A stretch of 64,000 bases of DNA. Source: an uncultured Actinomycetes bacterium. GTDB lineage: Bacteria > Actinomycetota > Thermoleophilia > UBA2241. Where the stretch lies: NCBI GenBank assembly GCA_963755025.1, contig CAVWIH010000019.1, positions 1-64,000 on the forward strand, in the 5' to 3' direction. The translations under genes and the position numbers were made by a program. Below, in pieces: positions 39,987 to 53,342 of this stretch (the first letter of the stretch is position 1; each line of letters begins with the position of its first letter). The notes beneath the pieces are model-generated. The model saw nothing but the letters and a program-made list of their open reading frames with translations. It did not search any database and was not told the DNA's origin.

Positions 39987-40116
39987 CGGCCTGGCTCCCT
40001 TCGGGTGCGAACGACGTGCGTGATCCACGGCAGAGCTTACCCCGCCGGGCACGCGCGAACCAGAACCTGTTCGTGAGGCGCGGCGCGCGCCGCGCCTCGC
40101 GCCGCGCCGCGCCGGC

Positions 40117-40575
40117 TCACTTGCGGGTGAGCGACAGGTGCGCCGACAGCGCGCCGGTGGACGGGTAGTAAAAGCGCAACGCGGCGGCCGGCGGGTCGTC
40201 GAGGCTCAGCTGCCAGTAGCCTATGCCCTGCCCCACGTCGGGAGTCTCGAAGCCGAGGAACAGGGGGGTGACCTCGCCCGCTACCGCCGCGCTCGAGACG
40301 CCCGGAAAGCCGGTCATCGAGACCCGCAGTCCGTGCGCGTCGTCGGTGACGCGCACGACACCGGCGGCCGCCGCCGTGCGTTGCACGAGGCGATGGTCGG
40401 CCACGCCGACCATGGGGGCGGTGAAGCGCCAGGTGCCCACGTACCAGTCGGCGACGTGGCGCGGCGCGGGGGTGCCCGGGGTGAGCGCGCTCACGAGGGC
40501 GAGCGCGACGACTACGGCGCCGGCCGCCCAGAAGGCCGCGGCGACGATGTCCCGCCGCCGGCCCGCGAGCGACAC
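40117..40575 (-). CDS. Hypothetical exported protein
   Basis: N-terminal hydrophobic segment; abuts the purD stop. Confidence 0.55.
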   Translation of the reverse strand: MSLAGRRRDIVAAAFWAAGAVVVALALVSALTPGTPAPRHVADWYVGTWRFTAPMVGVADHRLVQRTAAAAGVVRVTDDAHGLRVSMTGFPGVSSAAVAGEVTPLFLGFETPDVGQGIGYWQLSLDDPPAAALRFYYPSTGALSAHLSLTRK

Positions 40576-41892
40576 TTAGTCGGTCCAGTCGGCGGGAAAG
40601 AGGTCGATCTCGCCGGCCTCGGCGCGCACGGCGCGTGCCGCGATGTCGGGGCGCGCCTGCTGGCCGGCGAAGGTGATGCGCGAGAGCGCGCCGTAGGCGC
40701 GCTCTCGCGCATCGGCGAAGTGCTTGCCCAGGGCGCTGACGGCCAGCACGCGGCCGCCGGCGGTGACGATGTCGTGGCCGTGCGCGGCCGTGGCGGCGTG
40801 GTAGATGGTGACGTCGGGCAGCGCGGCGGCTTCGGACAGGCCACCGATCACGTCGCCCTTGGAGCTCGACGCCGGGTAGCCGGCCGAGGCCATGACGATC
40901 GATACGCAGGCCTCGGGCTTGAAGCGCAGCGCGCCGGGGTCGAGCTCGCCGCGCGCGGCCGACAGGCAGGCCTCGAGCAGGTCGCTGTCGAGGCGCGGCA
41001 GGATGGCCTGCGTCTCGGGGTCGCCGAAGCGGCAGTTGAACTCGAGCAGCTTGATGCCGTGCTCGGTGACGATGAGCCCGCCGTAGAGCACGCCGCGGTA
41101 CTCGATGCCGCGCCGCCGCAGGGCTTCGAGCACCGGGCGAAAGAGGTCTTCGGCCACGGTCTCGGCGACTCCGGGCGTGAAGCCGGGCACGGGGCAGTAG
41201 CTGCCCATGCCGCCGGTGTTCGGGCCCTGGTCGTCGGCGAAGATGCGTTTGTAGTCCTGGGCCGGGGCCATGGGCACCACGCGGGTGCCGTCGCACAGCG
41301 CGAGCAGCGAGACCTCGGGGCCGCTCAGGAACTCCTCGATCAGCACGGTGCCGCCGGCCTCGCCGAAGGCGCGGTCCGCGAGGCAGAGCCGCACGGCGGC
41401 GCGCGCCTCGTCGACGTTCTGGCAGATGATGACGCCCTTGCCGGCGGCCAGGCCGTCGGCCTTGATCACGAGCGGCCAGGTGTCGCGCGCGTCGAGCTCG
41501 CGCAGCGCCGAGTCGAGGGCGTCGTGGCGGCTGTAGCGGCCGGTCGCCACGTGGGCGTCGGCCATGATCTCTTTGGCGAAGGCCTTGCTGCCCTCGAGCC
41601 GCGCGGCCTTGGCCGACGGGCCGAACACGAGCAGGCCGTTGTCGGTGAACAGATCGGCGATGCCCGCCACGAGCGGCGCCTCGGGGCCGACCACGGTCAG
41701 GTCGATGCGTTCGCGCCGGGCAAACGACAGCAGCCCCTCGAGGTCGGCGCCGTCGATGTCGATCGAGTCGGCCTCCTGGGCGATGCCGGCGTTGCCGGGC
41801 GCGCAGAACACCTGGCTGGCGAGCGGCGAGGCGCAGAAGGCATGAACGAGGGCGTGCTCGCGGCCACCGCCGCCGACAACCAGAACGCGCAT
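40576..41892 (-). CDS. purD: Phosphoribosylamine-glycine ligase
   Basis: GGGGREHA, VGPEAPL, KADGLAAGKGV, NTGGMG, EFNCRFGDPE. Confidence 0.97.
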   Translation of the reverse strand: MRVLVVGGGGREHALVHAFCASPLASQVFCAPGNAGIAQEADSIDIDGADLEGLLSFARRERIDLTVVGPEAPLVAGIADLFTDNGLLVFGPSAKAARLEGSKAFAKEIMADAHVATGRYSRHDALDSALRELDARDTWPLVIKADGLAAGKGVIICQNVDEARAAVRLCLADRAFGEAGGTVLIEEFLSGPEVSLLALCDGTRVVPMAPAQDYKRIFADDQGPNTGGMGSYCPVPGFTPGVAETVAEDLFRPVLEALRRRGIEYRGVLYGGLIVTEHGIKLLEFNCRFGDPETQAILPRLDSDLLEACLSAARGELDPGALRFKPEACVSIVMASAGYPASSSKGDVIGGLSEAAALPDVTIYHAATAAHGHDIVTAGGRVLAVSALGKHFADARERAYGALSRITFAGQQARPDIAARAVRAEAGEIDLFPADWTD

Positions 41893-41993
41893 GCGGTCTC
41901 CTTGCGGGAAGGACGCGCGTCGCGCACCGCCGGCGGCCGCCAAGGGCCGCCCGCGGGGCGAGCGGGCACGCGTCGGACTTTCGTGGCGAAAGT

Positions 41994-42305
41994 CTACGCG
42001 CGCCGGCGGGGGTGCGAAAGCTCGGGAGCGTCGTCTGTCGAGCGCACGTCCACGCGAGCCGCCTCGCGGTGACCGCGGGAGAGGCGGTAGGCGGTCAGGC
42101 TGAGGGCGGCGGCGCCGGTCAGCACAAGGAGCACGACCAGGTAGAAGCCCGACGTATAGCCGTGGCCGTCCTGGGCGGCGAACGAGCCCAGCGTGAGGCC
42201 GTGGGGATAGAGGGCGAGCGCGGCCGTGTGCACGACGCGCCCGGCGACGACTGCGAGCACGGCGAACCCGAAGAGCGCGAGCCCTCCGGCTACCTTTGAC
42301 TGCAT
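41994..42305 (-). CDS. Small two-TM membrane protein
   Basis: RBS GGAGG before ATG 42305; two hydrophobic helices. Confidence 0.6.
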   Translation of the reverse strand: MQSKVAGGLALFGFAVLAVVAGRVVHTAALALYPHGLTLGSFAAQDGHGYTSGFYLVVLLVLTGAAALSLTAYRLSRGHREAARVDVRSTDDAPELSHPRRRA

Positions 42306-42560
42306 GACATCCTCCGGCGTCGTACTCGGGTGGCCGACGTGTGGTCGGTGCAACACCATTCGGCAGTGACGATACCCACGGCGTATGAAGCTCCCGTGAA
42401 CATGGCTGAGAATGACCTGTGAGTTTGCGGCGGCCCGGACGCGCTTTGGGCGGCGCGGGTCTGGGCGGGCGCGGCTCCGCCGGCCCGCCTCACGCGCCTC
42501 GCCGCCCGCCGCGACCAAACGGCGCCCGCGCGCCCGCCAACGGGTACGTAGGCGGTCGTC

Positions 42561-43262
42561 ATGGACGTCATCATCATTCCGGGGTTCTGGCTGAACGCCG
42601 CGTCGTGGGCCGACATCGTGCCCGCGCTCGAGGCGGCCGGGCACCGGGTGCGCGCGCTCACGCTGCCCGGCCTGGCGTCGGTCGACGACGAGCGGGCCGG
42701 CATAGGCTTGGCCGATCACGTCGCCGCGGTCGTGGCGGCCGTCGACGAAGCAGACGGGCCGGTCGTGCTGGTCGGTCACAGCGGCGGTGGGGCGATCGCC
42801 CACGCGGCGGTCGACGCGCGCCCCGACCGGGTCGCTCGCGTGGTCTACGTCGACGCCGTGCCGCTCGGCGACGGCGACACGATCAACGACAAGCTGCCGG
42901 TCGTGAACGGCGAGATCCCGTTGCCCGACTGGTCGGTGTTCGGCGACGAGGACCTGGCCGATCTCAGCGACGACCTGCGCGCGCACTTTCGTGAGACGGC
43001 GATCCCCGAGCCCGTGGGTGTGGCGACCGACCACCAGACGCTGCGCGACCCGCGTCGCTACGACGTGCCGATCACCGTGATCACCTGCGAGTTCCCGGCC
43101 GAGACGATGCGCGACCTGATGGCGAACGGCCACTGGTACACGGCGGAGCTCGCCAGGGTGCGGGACGTGCAGATCGTCGACCTGCCGACCGGGCATTGGC
43201 CGATGTTCACCAAACCGGCCGAGCTTGGGGCGACGATCGTCGCCGTCCTCGCCCTCGCCTGA
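42561..43262 (+). CDS. Alpha/beta hydrolase (esterase-like)
   Basis: PGFW, VGHSGGG, TGHWPM. Confidence 0.88.
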   Translation: MDVIIIPGFWLNAASWADIVPALEAAGHRVRALTLPGLASVDDERAGIGLADHVAAVVAAVDEADGPVVLVGHSGGGAIAHAAVDARPDRVARVVYVDAVPLGDGDTINDKLPVVNGEIPLPDWSVFGDEDLADLSDDLRAHFRETAIPEPVGVATDHQTLRDPRRYDVPITVITCEFPAETMRDLMANGHWYTAELARVRDVQIVDLPTGHWPMFTKPAELGATIVAVLALA

Positions 43263-43273
43263 GGGTGAGGCGC

Positions 43274-45963
<2,690 letters not shown>

Positions 45964-46101
45964 AGTCGGTCAGTCCAAGGTAGCGCGGGGGGAGTAAAAG
46001 AGAAGGAACTTCCCTTTCAGAGATAGTAGTGGCTGCGCGCCCGCGACTCAACAGTCACCTGATACCATCGCCGCTCCCGTGCATCTCGAGGAGGAAGCTT
46101 C

Positions 46102-46605
46102 ATGGACGATCCCGTCCTCGCGCGGCGCAGCATCCGCGCCTATACGGCCGAACCGGTCGCCGACGAGCAGGTCGAGCGCCTGCTGCGCGCCGCCATGGCG
46201 GCGCCCTCGGCCGGCAACCAGCAGCCCTGGCGCTTCGTCACGGTCACCGACCGCGCCCTGCTCGCGCAGATCCCTCCCGTGCACCCCTACGCCCGCATGC
46301 TCGACCACGCCCCGCTGGCGATCGTCGTGTGCGGCGTCGACAGCGACATCCGCTGGCCGGCGCTCTGGCCCCAGGACTGCGCCGCCGCGGTCGAGAACAT
46401 CCTGATCGAGGCGGTGCTGCTCGAGCTGGGCGCCGTGTGGCTCGGCGTCTATCCGATCGACGAGCGCGTGGCGGCGCTGCGGCGGCTGTTCGCCCTGCCC
46501 GACGAGGTCACGCCCTTCGCGGTGGTCGCCGTCGGTCACCCCGCCGCCGCCAAGCCGCCGGCCGAGCGCTACCGGGTCGAGTGGGTGCACCGCGAGCGCT
46601 GGTAG
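46102..46605 (+). CDS. Nitroreductase family protein
   Basis: RRSIR, APSAGNQQPW.F, QDC.AA.EN, LGAVWLG. Confidence 0.92.
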   Translation: MDDPVLARRSIRAYTAEPVADEQVERLLRAAMAAPSAGNQQPWRFVTVTDRALLAQIPPVHPYARMLDHAPLAIVVCGVDSDIRWPALWPQDCAAAVENILIEAVLLELGAVWLGVYPIDERVAALRRLFALPDEVTPFAVVAVGHPAAAKPPAERYRVEWVHRERW

Positions 46606-46699
46606 GCCGCTCCCGCCCGAGGGGCCGTTTCGGGCGTGGTAAGGTGTCGCTTCCGCTCGGCGGCCTCCGGCGCCGCCTGAGCGCCTGACTGGAGGACGC

Positions 46700-47008
46700 G
46701 TGGCAGACACCTGGATCAAGGTCGCTTCCGAGGGCGCGGTGCCCGACGGCGGCGTCCTGCCCGTCTACCCCCGGGGACTGGGCGTGCTGCTCATCAAGGC
46801 CGACGGCGCGGTCTACGCCATCGCCAACCGCTGCGCCCACATGGCCTGCCCGCTCGAAGGCGGCGAGCGCGACGGCTTTCTCATCACCTGCCCGTGCCAC
46901 GACTGGCGCTTCGACGTGCGCACCGGCGCCTTCGCCGCGGCGCCCGAGATCACCATCCCGACCTACCGCGTCCGCATCGAGGGCGGCGAGGTCTTCGTCG
47001 AGCTCTGA
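46700..47008 (+). CDS. Rieske-type [2Fe-2S] ferredoxin
   Basis: CAH...CPCH.WRFDVRTG. Confidence 0.9.
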   Translation: MADTWIKVASEGAVPDGGVLPVYPRGLGVLLIKADGAVYAIANRCAHMACPLEGGERDGFLITCPCHDWRFDVRTGAFAAAPEITIPTYRVRIEGGEVFVEL

Positions 47009-47020
47009 AAAGGTGGAAGC

Positions 47021-47278
47021 GTGAGCGACCCCGTGTTCGTCTACTCCCTGAGCACCTGCCCCTGGTGCCGCAAGGCCAAGCAGTACTTCGAAGAGAACGC
47101 CGTCGCCTTCGAGGCGGTCGACGTCGACCTGTTGCCCGACGACGAGAGCGACCGGCTGGCCGACGAGGCCTACACGCTCTCCGGCTCACGGGCTTACCCG
47201 GTCGTCAAGATCGGCGGCGAAGTGATCGTGGGCTACGCGCCCGAGCGCTTCGCCACCCTGCTGGGGATCGAGGCCTGA
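47021..47278 (+). CDS. Glutaredoxin / NrdH-like redoxin
   Basis: CPWC, cis-Pro YPVV, IVGY. Confidence 0.9.
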   Translation: MSDPVFVYSLSTCPWCRKAKQYFEENAVAFEAVDVDLLPDDESDRLADEAYTLSGSRAYPVVKIGGEVIVGYAPERFATLLGIEA

Positions 47279-47616
47279 TGGCCCACGAAGCGCGCATCGC
47301 GGCGCTGCGCGAGTTCTTCACGCCGCTCGTCGGGGCGCTGGGCTACAAGTTCACACCCGACACCGAGCTCGCCGATTTTCTGCTCGAACAAGAGGCCGTG
47401 CTCGAAGAGAACAAGGGCGCGCCGTACTGTCCCTGCCAGGGCCGCACGCGCACCCGCGAGCACGACATGAAGATCGTCTGCCCGTGCATCCCCTACCACC
47501 GGGCGCACTTCGACGCCATGCGCCGCTGCTGGTGCGGCCTGTTCGTGCACGCAGACGTGACCGACCCCGGCCTGCTGCCGCAGATCGCGGCGAGCGAGCT
47601 CGGGGTCGAGGAATGA
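47278..47616 (+). CDS. Ferredoxin:thioredoxin reductase catalytic subunit-like protein
   Basis: TGATG overlap with the glutaredoxin gene; G.PYCPC...VCPC...CWCGLFV. Confidence 0.85.
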   Translation: MAHEARIAALREFFTPLVGALGYKFTPDTELADFLLEQEAVLEENKGAPYCPCQGRTRTREHDMKIVCPCIPYHRAHFDAMRRCWCGLFVHADVTDPGLLPQIAASELGVEE

Positions 47617-47622
47617 GGCGCC

Positions 47623-48009
47623 ATGTGGACTGAAGTCGCCAAGGTCGACGACCTCGCCGCCGGAGGCCTGAAGTTCGTCAAGCTCGGCGCCGCGCAGGCG
47701 ACGCTCGCCAACTGCGGCGGCACCTTCTACGCCGTCGGCCGCCGCTGCGGCCACATGAACGCGCCGCTCGACCAGGGTTCCCTCTCCGGGTACGTGCTCA
47801 CCTGCCCGCTGCACTTCGGCCAGTTCGACGTGCGTGACGGTTCGGTGCTGGCCTATCCGCTCGACCGCTACCTCGGCGACGAGGCGTTGCCGGCGCCGGC
47901 CCGGCGCGCGCTCGACGTCGAAGCGCGGCTGCAGCGCAAGATCCGCGTCGATGGCCTCGCCACCTGGCCGGTGCGCGTGGTCGGCGACGCGGTCGAGGTC
48001 GACGTCTAA
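47623..48009 (+). CDS. Rieske-type ferredoxin with C-terminal insertion
   Basis: CGH...CPLH.GQFDVRDG. Confidence 0.88.
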   Translation: MWTEVAKVDDLAAGGLKFVKLGAAQATLANCGGTFYAVGRRCGHMNAPLDQGSLSGYVLTCPLHFGQFDVRDGSVLAYPLDRYLGDEALPAPARRALDVEARLQRKIRVDGLATWPVRVVGDAVEVDV

Positions 48010-48106
48010 CGCTCGCGGCGCGACCGCCGCGCCCCCTCTCGTTCACCGAGGGGCGCCCTTCGCGCTCGTACAGGTTCGCAAACGTAAGCGACAAGGAGGG
48101 AACACC

Positions 48107-48700
<594 letters not shown>

Positions 48701-48849
48701 CGCGCAGGGCGCCGCGCCGCCGGCGGGCCTTGCCCGCCGCCGGCGCGGCGCTTGCCCGCCGCCGAGCGCCGCGCCGCCGGCCTCGCCCCGCCCGCCGTTT
48801 CCAAACAAGCGTCGCCGAGCCCCAGCCGGGTAAGGTTTTCCCGAGAGTC

Positions 48850-49761
48850 CGAGCGCGAAGGGGACTGGCCATCTACCGACGGACAGCGGCTGCGGCCCAC
48901 AACGACGACGCCGAAGAGCCCCGCAGCGGGGGCGGCGTCGAACACTGGCCCGGGTTCGGACCCGGGCGCCAGATCCTGCTGACGATCAGCCCGCCCGCCC
49001 TGGCGGCTGTGCTGGCCGCGGCCGGCTTTCCATCGCTGCGCGTCTGCCTTGTCGGCATCGCCGCCGTCGCCGCCGGGGCGCCCGCCGTCTACGCCGGGCG
49101 CGGGGCGCTCGACCGGCGCCTCGCGCGCTCCTCTTCGCACTCCGGGCTTGCCCGCCCGGTCCGGCTGGGCACCGGCTGGGTCGTGGCCCTGGCCGTGCTG
49201 TCGGCGGCGCTCGCGCTGGTCCTTTCGCCGCTCTGCCTCGCCCTGTACGCGGCGGCCGTGGCGAGCGCCCTGGTCGCTCGCCTGCTGCGTGCGGTGACCG
49301 CCTGGGAGACGGTGGCGGCGGGGGTCTCGGTCGGCCTCGCCGGCCTGGCCGGCTGGGCCGCCGTCGCGCCGCTTGCGCCGCGCGTGGTGACCGTCTTTGC
49401 CTTCTTCGCCCTGTGGACGGTCGGCGGCTGCGCGATCGCCGAAGACCTGGCCAACCTCGACCGTGACCGCTTTCGCGGACTGACCACCGTCGCCACGGTG
49501 CACGGCGCCCTCGCCGCGGCGCGCGCCGCCTGCGTGCTCAGCTTCGCCGCCCTCGCCGCGACCATCGCGCTGCCCATGCCCGGCGGCTTCGCCAACGACC
49601 TCGCCCTGGTGATCGGGGTGGTCGTGGTGGCCGTGCCGGGGGCGCAGCTGTGGCACCGGCCCACGAGCGCCGAGGCGGTCGCCTTCTTCGACCGGGTGAG
49701 CCTCTACCCCGCGGCGGTGCTGCTCGTGGCGCTGCTGCCGGCCGTGCTCAAGGCTCTGTAG
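48850..49761 (+). CDS. Degenerate UbiA-like prenyltransferase membrane protein (start uncertain)
   Basis: Multi-TM; second Asp motif EDLANLDRD..G..TV retained, first motif eroded. Confidence 0.5.
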   Translation, partial: RARRGLAIYRRTAAAAHNDDAEEPRSGGGVEHWPGFGPGRQILLTISPPALAAVLAAAGFPSLRVCLVGIAAVAAGAPAVYAGRGALDRRLARSSSHSGLARPVRLGTGWVVALAVLSAALALVLSPLCLALYAAAVASALVARLLRAVTAWETVAAGVSVGLAGLAGWAAVAPLAPRVVTVFAFFALWTVGGCAIAEDLANLDRDRFRGLTTVATVHGALAAARAACVLSFAALAATIALPMPGGFANDLALVIGVVVVAVPGAQLWHRPTSAEAVAFFDRVSLYPAAVLLVALLPAVLKAL

Positions 49762-49782
49762 GCGTGGTCGCGCGTCGGTCGC

Positions 49783-51628
49783 GTGGTAGTGTCTGCTGAC
49801 AACGAAGGGGCTCGCGCCCAGAAGGGACCCGGCGTGCCGCTGCTGCGCCTCGACGAAGACCCCGGCCAGCTCGTCCTGCACGTGCAGGGCGCGGTCTGCG
49901 CTACCACGCGCGAGGTCGTCGAGAGCGAACCCTTCGCGCGCCTGCTCGCGCTCTACCTCGCCCATCTCGCCGCCCACGACGGGCCCTTGCTCGACGCCCT
50001 CTGCCTCGACGCCGGCAGCGGGCCTGCCTGCGCCGATCTGCTCGACCTGTTGCGCCTGCTCGCCCACAACCCGCTCGAGCGGGTGGTGCGCATGTCTCCC
50101 GAGCGCGCCCCCCTGCTCGACCACCGCCCCGCCCTGCACCGCTTCATCGAAGGGCTCTACGACTTCTGGCGGCGGTTCGACCGCTTTCTCATCGACCACG
50201 CCGTGGCCGGCAGCGCCGGGCACGGCGCCGCCACCTACCGCGCCTTCAGCTCGAGCCTCGAGGCGCTCGCCGCGCTGGTGCGCGACCTCTACCGCGACGT
50301 CGCCGAGAACGTGACCGGCGCGCACCCGCTGGTCTATCGCCAGGTGCACGCCGGGGCCGAGCTCGGCGTCGTCGTCGCCGCGCGGCCCTGGCCGGGGCCG
50401 CGCGCCTACCGCGCGCTGCTCGGCGACCTGCCGTTCGTGACCCGCGTCGTCATGTATCCGCCGGTGGTCCTCGACCCGCCGACCAACACGCGCGCCGGCA
50501 TGTTCACCGAGGTGACCGACGACCCGCTCGCCGGCCTGCGGCTCGACCCGGAGCGCTGGTTCTGCTACCCGGCCGTCGTCGGGCGCCTCGTCGTGTTCGT
50601 CTACGTCGAGCAGCGCTTCATGGGCCTGGGGCTGTCGCTGGCCAACCTCTTCGAGCTCGCCGGCGACGAGCAGGTCGCCGCCGGGCCCGACGCCGTCCTG
50701 CTGTTCGGCGCTCCGCCCGACGCGCTGCGGCGCTTCGGCGAGCCGCCCACCGTGTTCCACGCCGACAGGGCCAACGGCCTGCTGACCGGCGTGGTGCCGC
50801 TCGACGACCGCTTCGCCTACTTCGGCTACCTCAAGAAGATGATCCTCACGCTGCACAACGTGGCCGCCATGGAGCGCGGCATCATGCCGTACCACGGCGC
50901 CTTCACGAGGCTCGTGCTGCGCGGCGGCGCCGCCGCCGGCGTGCTGCTGGTCGGCGACACGGCGACGGGCAAGTCGGAGACCCTCGAGGCGCTGCGCCTC
51001 GACCCCGGCGGCCGGGTCGCCGAGCTGCGCATCGTGGCCGACGACATGGGTACCCTCGAGGTGGTGAGCCCGCGACGGCCGCCCGGTGGTGCTCGGCTAC
51101 GGCACCGAGATCGGCGCCTTCGTGCGCCTCGACGACCTGCAGCAGGGCTACGCCATCGGGCAGATCGACCGCGCCATCATCATGAGCCCGCAGAAGGTCA
51201 ACGCCCGGGTGGTGCTGCCGGTGACCACGCTGCACGAGGTGCAGCGGGGCTGAGCCGTCGACGTGCTGCTCTACGCCAACAACTTCGAGCCGGTCGACGA
51301 CGACCACCCGCTGATCGAGCGGTTCGCCGACCTGGACGCCGCCCTCGCGGTGTTCCGCGAGGGCCGCGCCCTGTCGAAGGGCACGACCGCCGCCAGGGGC
51401 CTGGTGGCCAACTACTTCGCCAACATCTTCGGCCCGGCGCAGCGCCCGGAGCAGCACGACGTGGTCGCCGAGCGGGCCTTCGCGGCCGCCTTTGCCGGCG
51501 GCGTGTTCGTCGGCCAGCTGCGCACCAGGCTGGCGTTGCCCGGCTTTGCCGCCGAAGGGCCCCGCGCCGCCGCCGCGGCGCTGCTCGAGCTGATCGATCA
51601 GATCACGAAAGGAGAGGCACGTACGTGA
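49783..51628 (+). CDS. PEP-carboxykinase-like P-loop protein; frameshift near 51070 and in-frame TGA at 51251
   Basis: YFGYLKK, PYHGA, GDTATGKSE, IVADDMG, then in the shifted frame GTEIGAFVRLDDL and YANN. Confidence 0.65.
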
Positions 51629-52500
51629 AGGCGCTCTATGAGACCAACGAGACCGACCTGGAGCTCGTGAGTCGCGGCAAGGTGCGCGATGTCTACGCGC
51701 TCGGCGACGACACGCTGGTGATCGTCGCCACCGACCGCATCTCGGCGTTCGACGTGATCCTGCCGACGCCCATCCCCGGCAAGGGCGAGGTGCTCACCCA
51801 GCTCTCGAACTTCTGGTTCGAGCGTACGCGCGACATCATCGCCAACCATGTCGTCGACCCCGAACCGTTCGCCAACCGACCCGCCAAGGCGCATCTCCAG
51901 GGCCGTTCGGTCGCGGTGCGGCGCTGCGAGGCGCTGCCCATAGAGGCCATCGTGCGCGGCTATCTCACCGGCTCCGGCCTCAAGGACTACGAGCGCAGCG
52001 GCCAGGTCTGCGGCATCGACCTGCCTCCCGGCCTGGTCGACGGCAGCCGGCTGCCCGAGACGATCTTCGCGCCCTCGACCAAGGCGGCGCTGGGCGCCCA
52101 CGACGAGAACATCGCCTTCGATGCGGTGGCCGGCCTGATCGGCCCCGGCCTTGCGGCGCAGGTGCGCGACGTGGCCGTGGCGCTCTACGAGTGGGGCGCT
52201 GCCTACGCCCTCGAGCGCGGCATCATCATCGCCGACACGAAGTTCGAGTTCGGCCTGCTCGACGGCGAGCTCCTGCTGATCGACGAAGCCCTCACCCCCG
52301 ACTCGTCGCGCTTCTGGCCGGTCGACGGCTACGAGCCGGGACACGCCCAGCCCAGCTACGACAAGCAGTTCGTGCGCGACTACCTCGAGACGCTCGACTG
52401 GGACAAGAAGGCCCCGGGCCCCGAACTGCCGCCCGACATCGTGGACCGCACCGCCGCCAAGTACGCCGAGGCCCAGCGCCGCCTCACCGACAGGTCGTAG
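51625..52500 (+). CDS. purC: SAICAR synthetase
   Basis: RGKVRDVY, TDRISAFD, DTKFEFG, DEALTPDSSRFW, DKQFVR; RBS AAGGAG. Confidence 0.96.
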   Translation: MKALYETNETDLELVSRGKVRDVYALGDDTLVIVATDRISAFDVILPTPIPGKGEVLTQLSNFWFERTRDIIANHVVDPEPFANRPAKAHLQGRSVAVRRCEALPIEAIVRGYLTGSGLKDYERSGQVCGIDLPPGLVDGSRLPETIFAPSTKAALGAHDENIAFDAVAGLIGPGLAAQVRDVAVALYEWGAAYALERGIIIADTKFEFGLLDGELLLIDEALTPDSSRFWPVDGYEPGHAQPSYDKQFVRDYLETLDWDKKAPGPELPPDIVDRTAAKYAEAQRRLTDRS

Positions 52501-52549
52501 CCGAGACGGATCGTCACGCCACAGCCGAGCTAGACAGGGAGGCGCGCGC

Positions 52550-53068
52550 ATGCGCCTGAGCCGAGCGACCTTCTGGGGCGCCGTGGTGCTCACGATCGTG
52601 CTGGTCGGGGTGGGCATCTGGTTCTACGTGCGCGACGACTACCCGTTCCAGATCGGTTCGAGTGAGATCACCGGGATGGTGTATCACTCGGTGGCCTCGG
52701 GTCGCCCGGTGGCGGGCTACGTCGGCAACCCTCCCGCCGAGCTCGCCACCTGGATCAGCGGCATGGAGGAGACCTCGACGCCCGAGTCGTCTCCGGCCAC
52801 CACGGTCGTGACGATCGTGCGCTCCGACGGACCGTCGCTGCGCATCGCCATGGACGGGTCGCGCGGCTATGCGAGCTGGGTGAGCGCCGACGGCACGGCG
52901 ACGCCGGCGGTCGGCCTGCATCTGAACGAGTCGTTCGTCTGGTACGTGCGCGGCGTGGGCGACGCGTTCGCCACGACGCGCCACGGCGTGACGCCTCGCA
53001 CGGCCCCGAGCGCCACCGGCGCCTCGCCCCGGGCGAGCGTGTCGCCACAAGGGAGCGCGTCGCCCTGA
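52550..53068 (+). CDS. Hypothetical exported / membrane-anchored protein
   Basis: RBS GGGAGG, N-terminal TM helix. Confidence 0.6.
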   Translation: MRLSRATFWGAVVLTIVLVGVGIWFYVRDDYPFQIGSSEITGMVYHSVASGRPVAGYVGNPPAELATWISGMEETSTPESSPATTVVTIVRSDGPSLRIAMDGSRGYASWVSADGTATPAVGLHLNESFVWYVRGVGDAFATTRHGVTPRTAPSATGASPRASVSPQGSASP

Positions 53069-53103
53069 GCGAGCGCGTCGCCCTGAGCGAGCGCGTCGCC
53101 CTG
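53035..53103. repeat. 18-bp tandem repeat, about 3 copies plus one degenerate copy
   Basis: GAGCGCGTCGCCCTGAGC at 53053, 53071 and (partial) 53089, spanning the stop codon of the upstream gene. Confidence 0.85.
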
Positions 53104-53342
53104 GGCCAACACTGCGCGACCGAGCTTTCTCGCCAAGAAGCGCCTCGCCGCGAACGAGCCTGTCGCCCCAGGTGGACGCTCCGCCGAGGCCCCGATCCGG
53201 GCCTGCGGTCCCCAGAGTACGAGGCGGGCTTGGGCTGCCCCGCGGCTGGGTAGAAGACGCCTTGCTCGCGAGCGCCGTGGGCCGGCCATGCACTGCCGGC
53301 GCTCCGCCGGGCGATCCGCCGAGATCAAAGAAGGAGGGCACC

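Noticed and set aside
51251-51253. Selenocysteine recoding at the TGA
   Set aside because: No Cys/redox motif context and no convincing bacterial SECIS hairpin just downstream
49783-52500. 905-aa PEPCK-like::PurC fusion in the ORF track
   Set aside because: The linker is out-of-frame Arg-rich sequence, and purC has its own RBS and start at 51625
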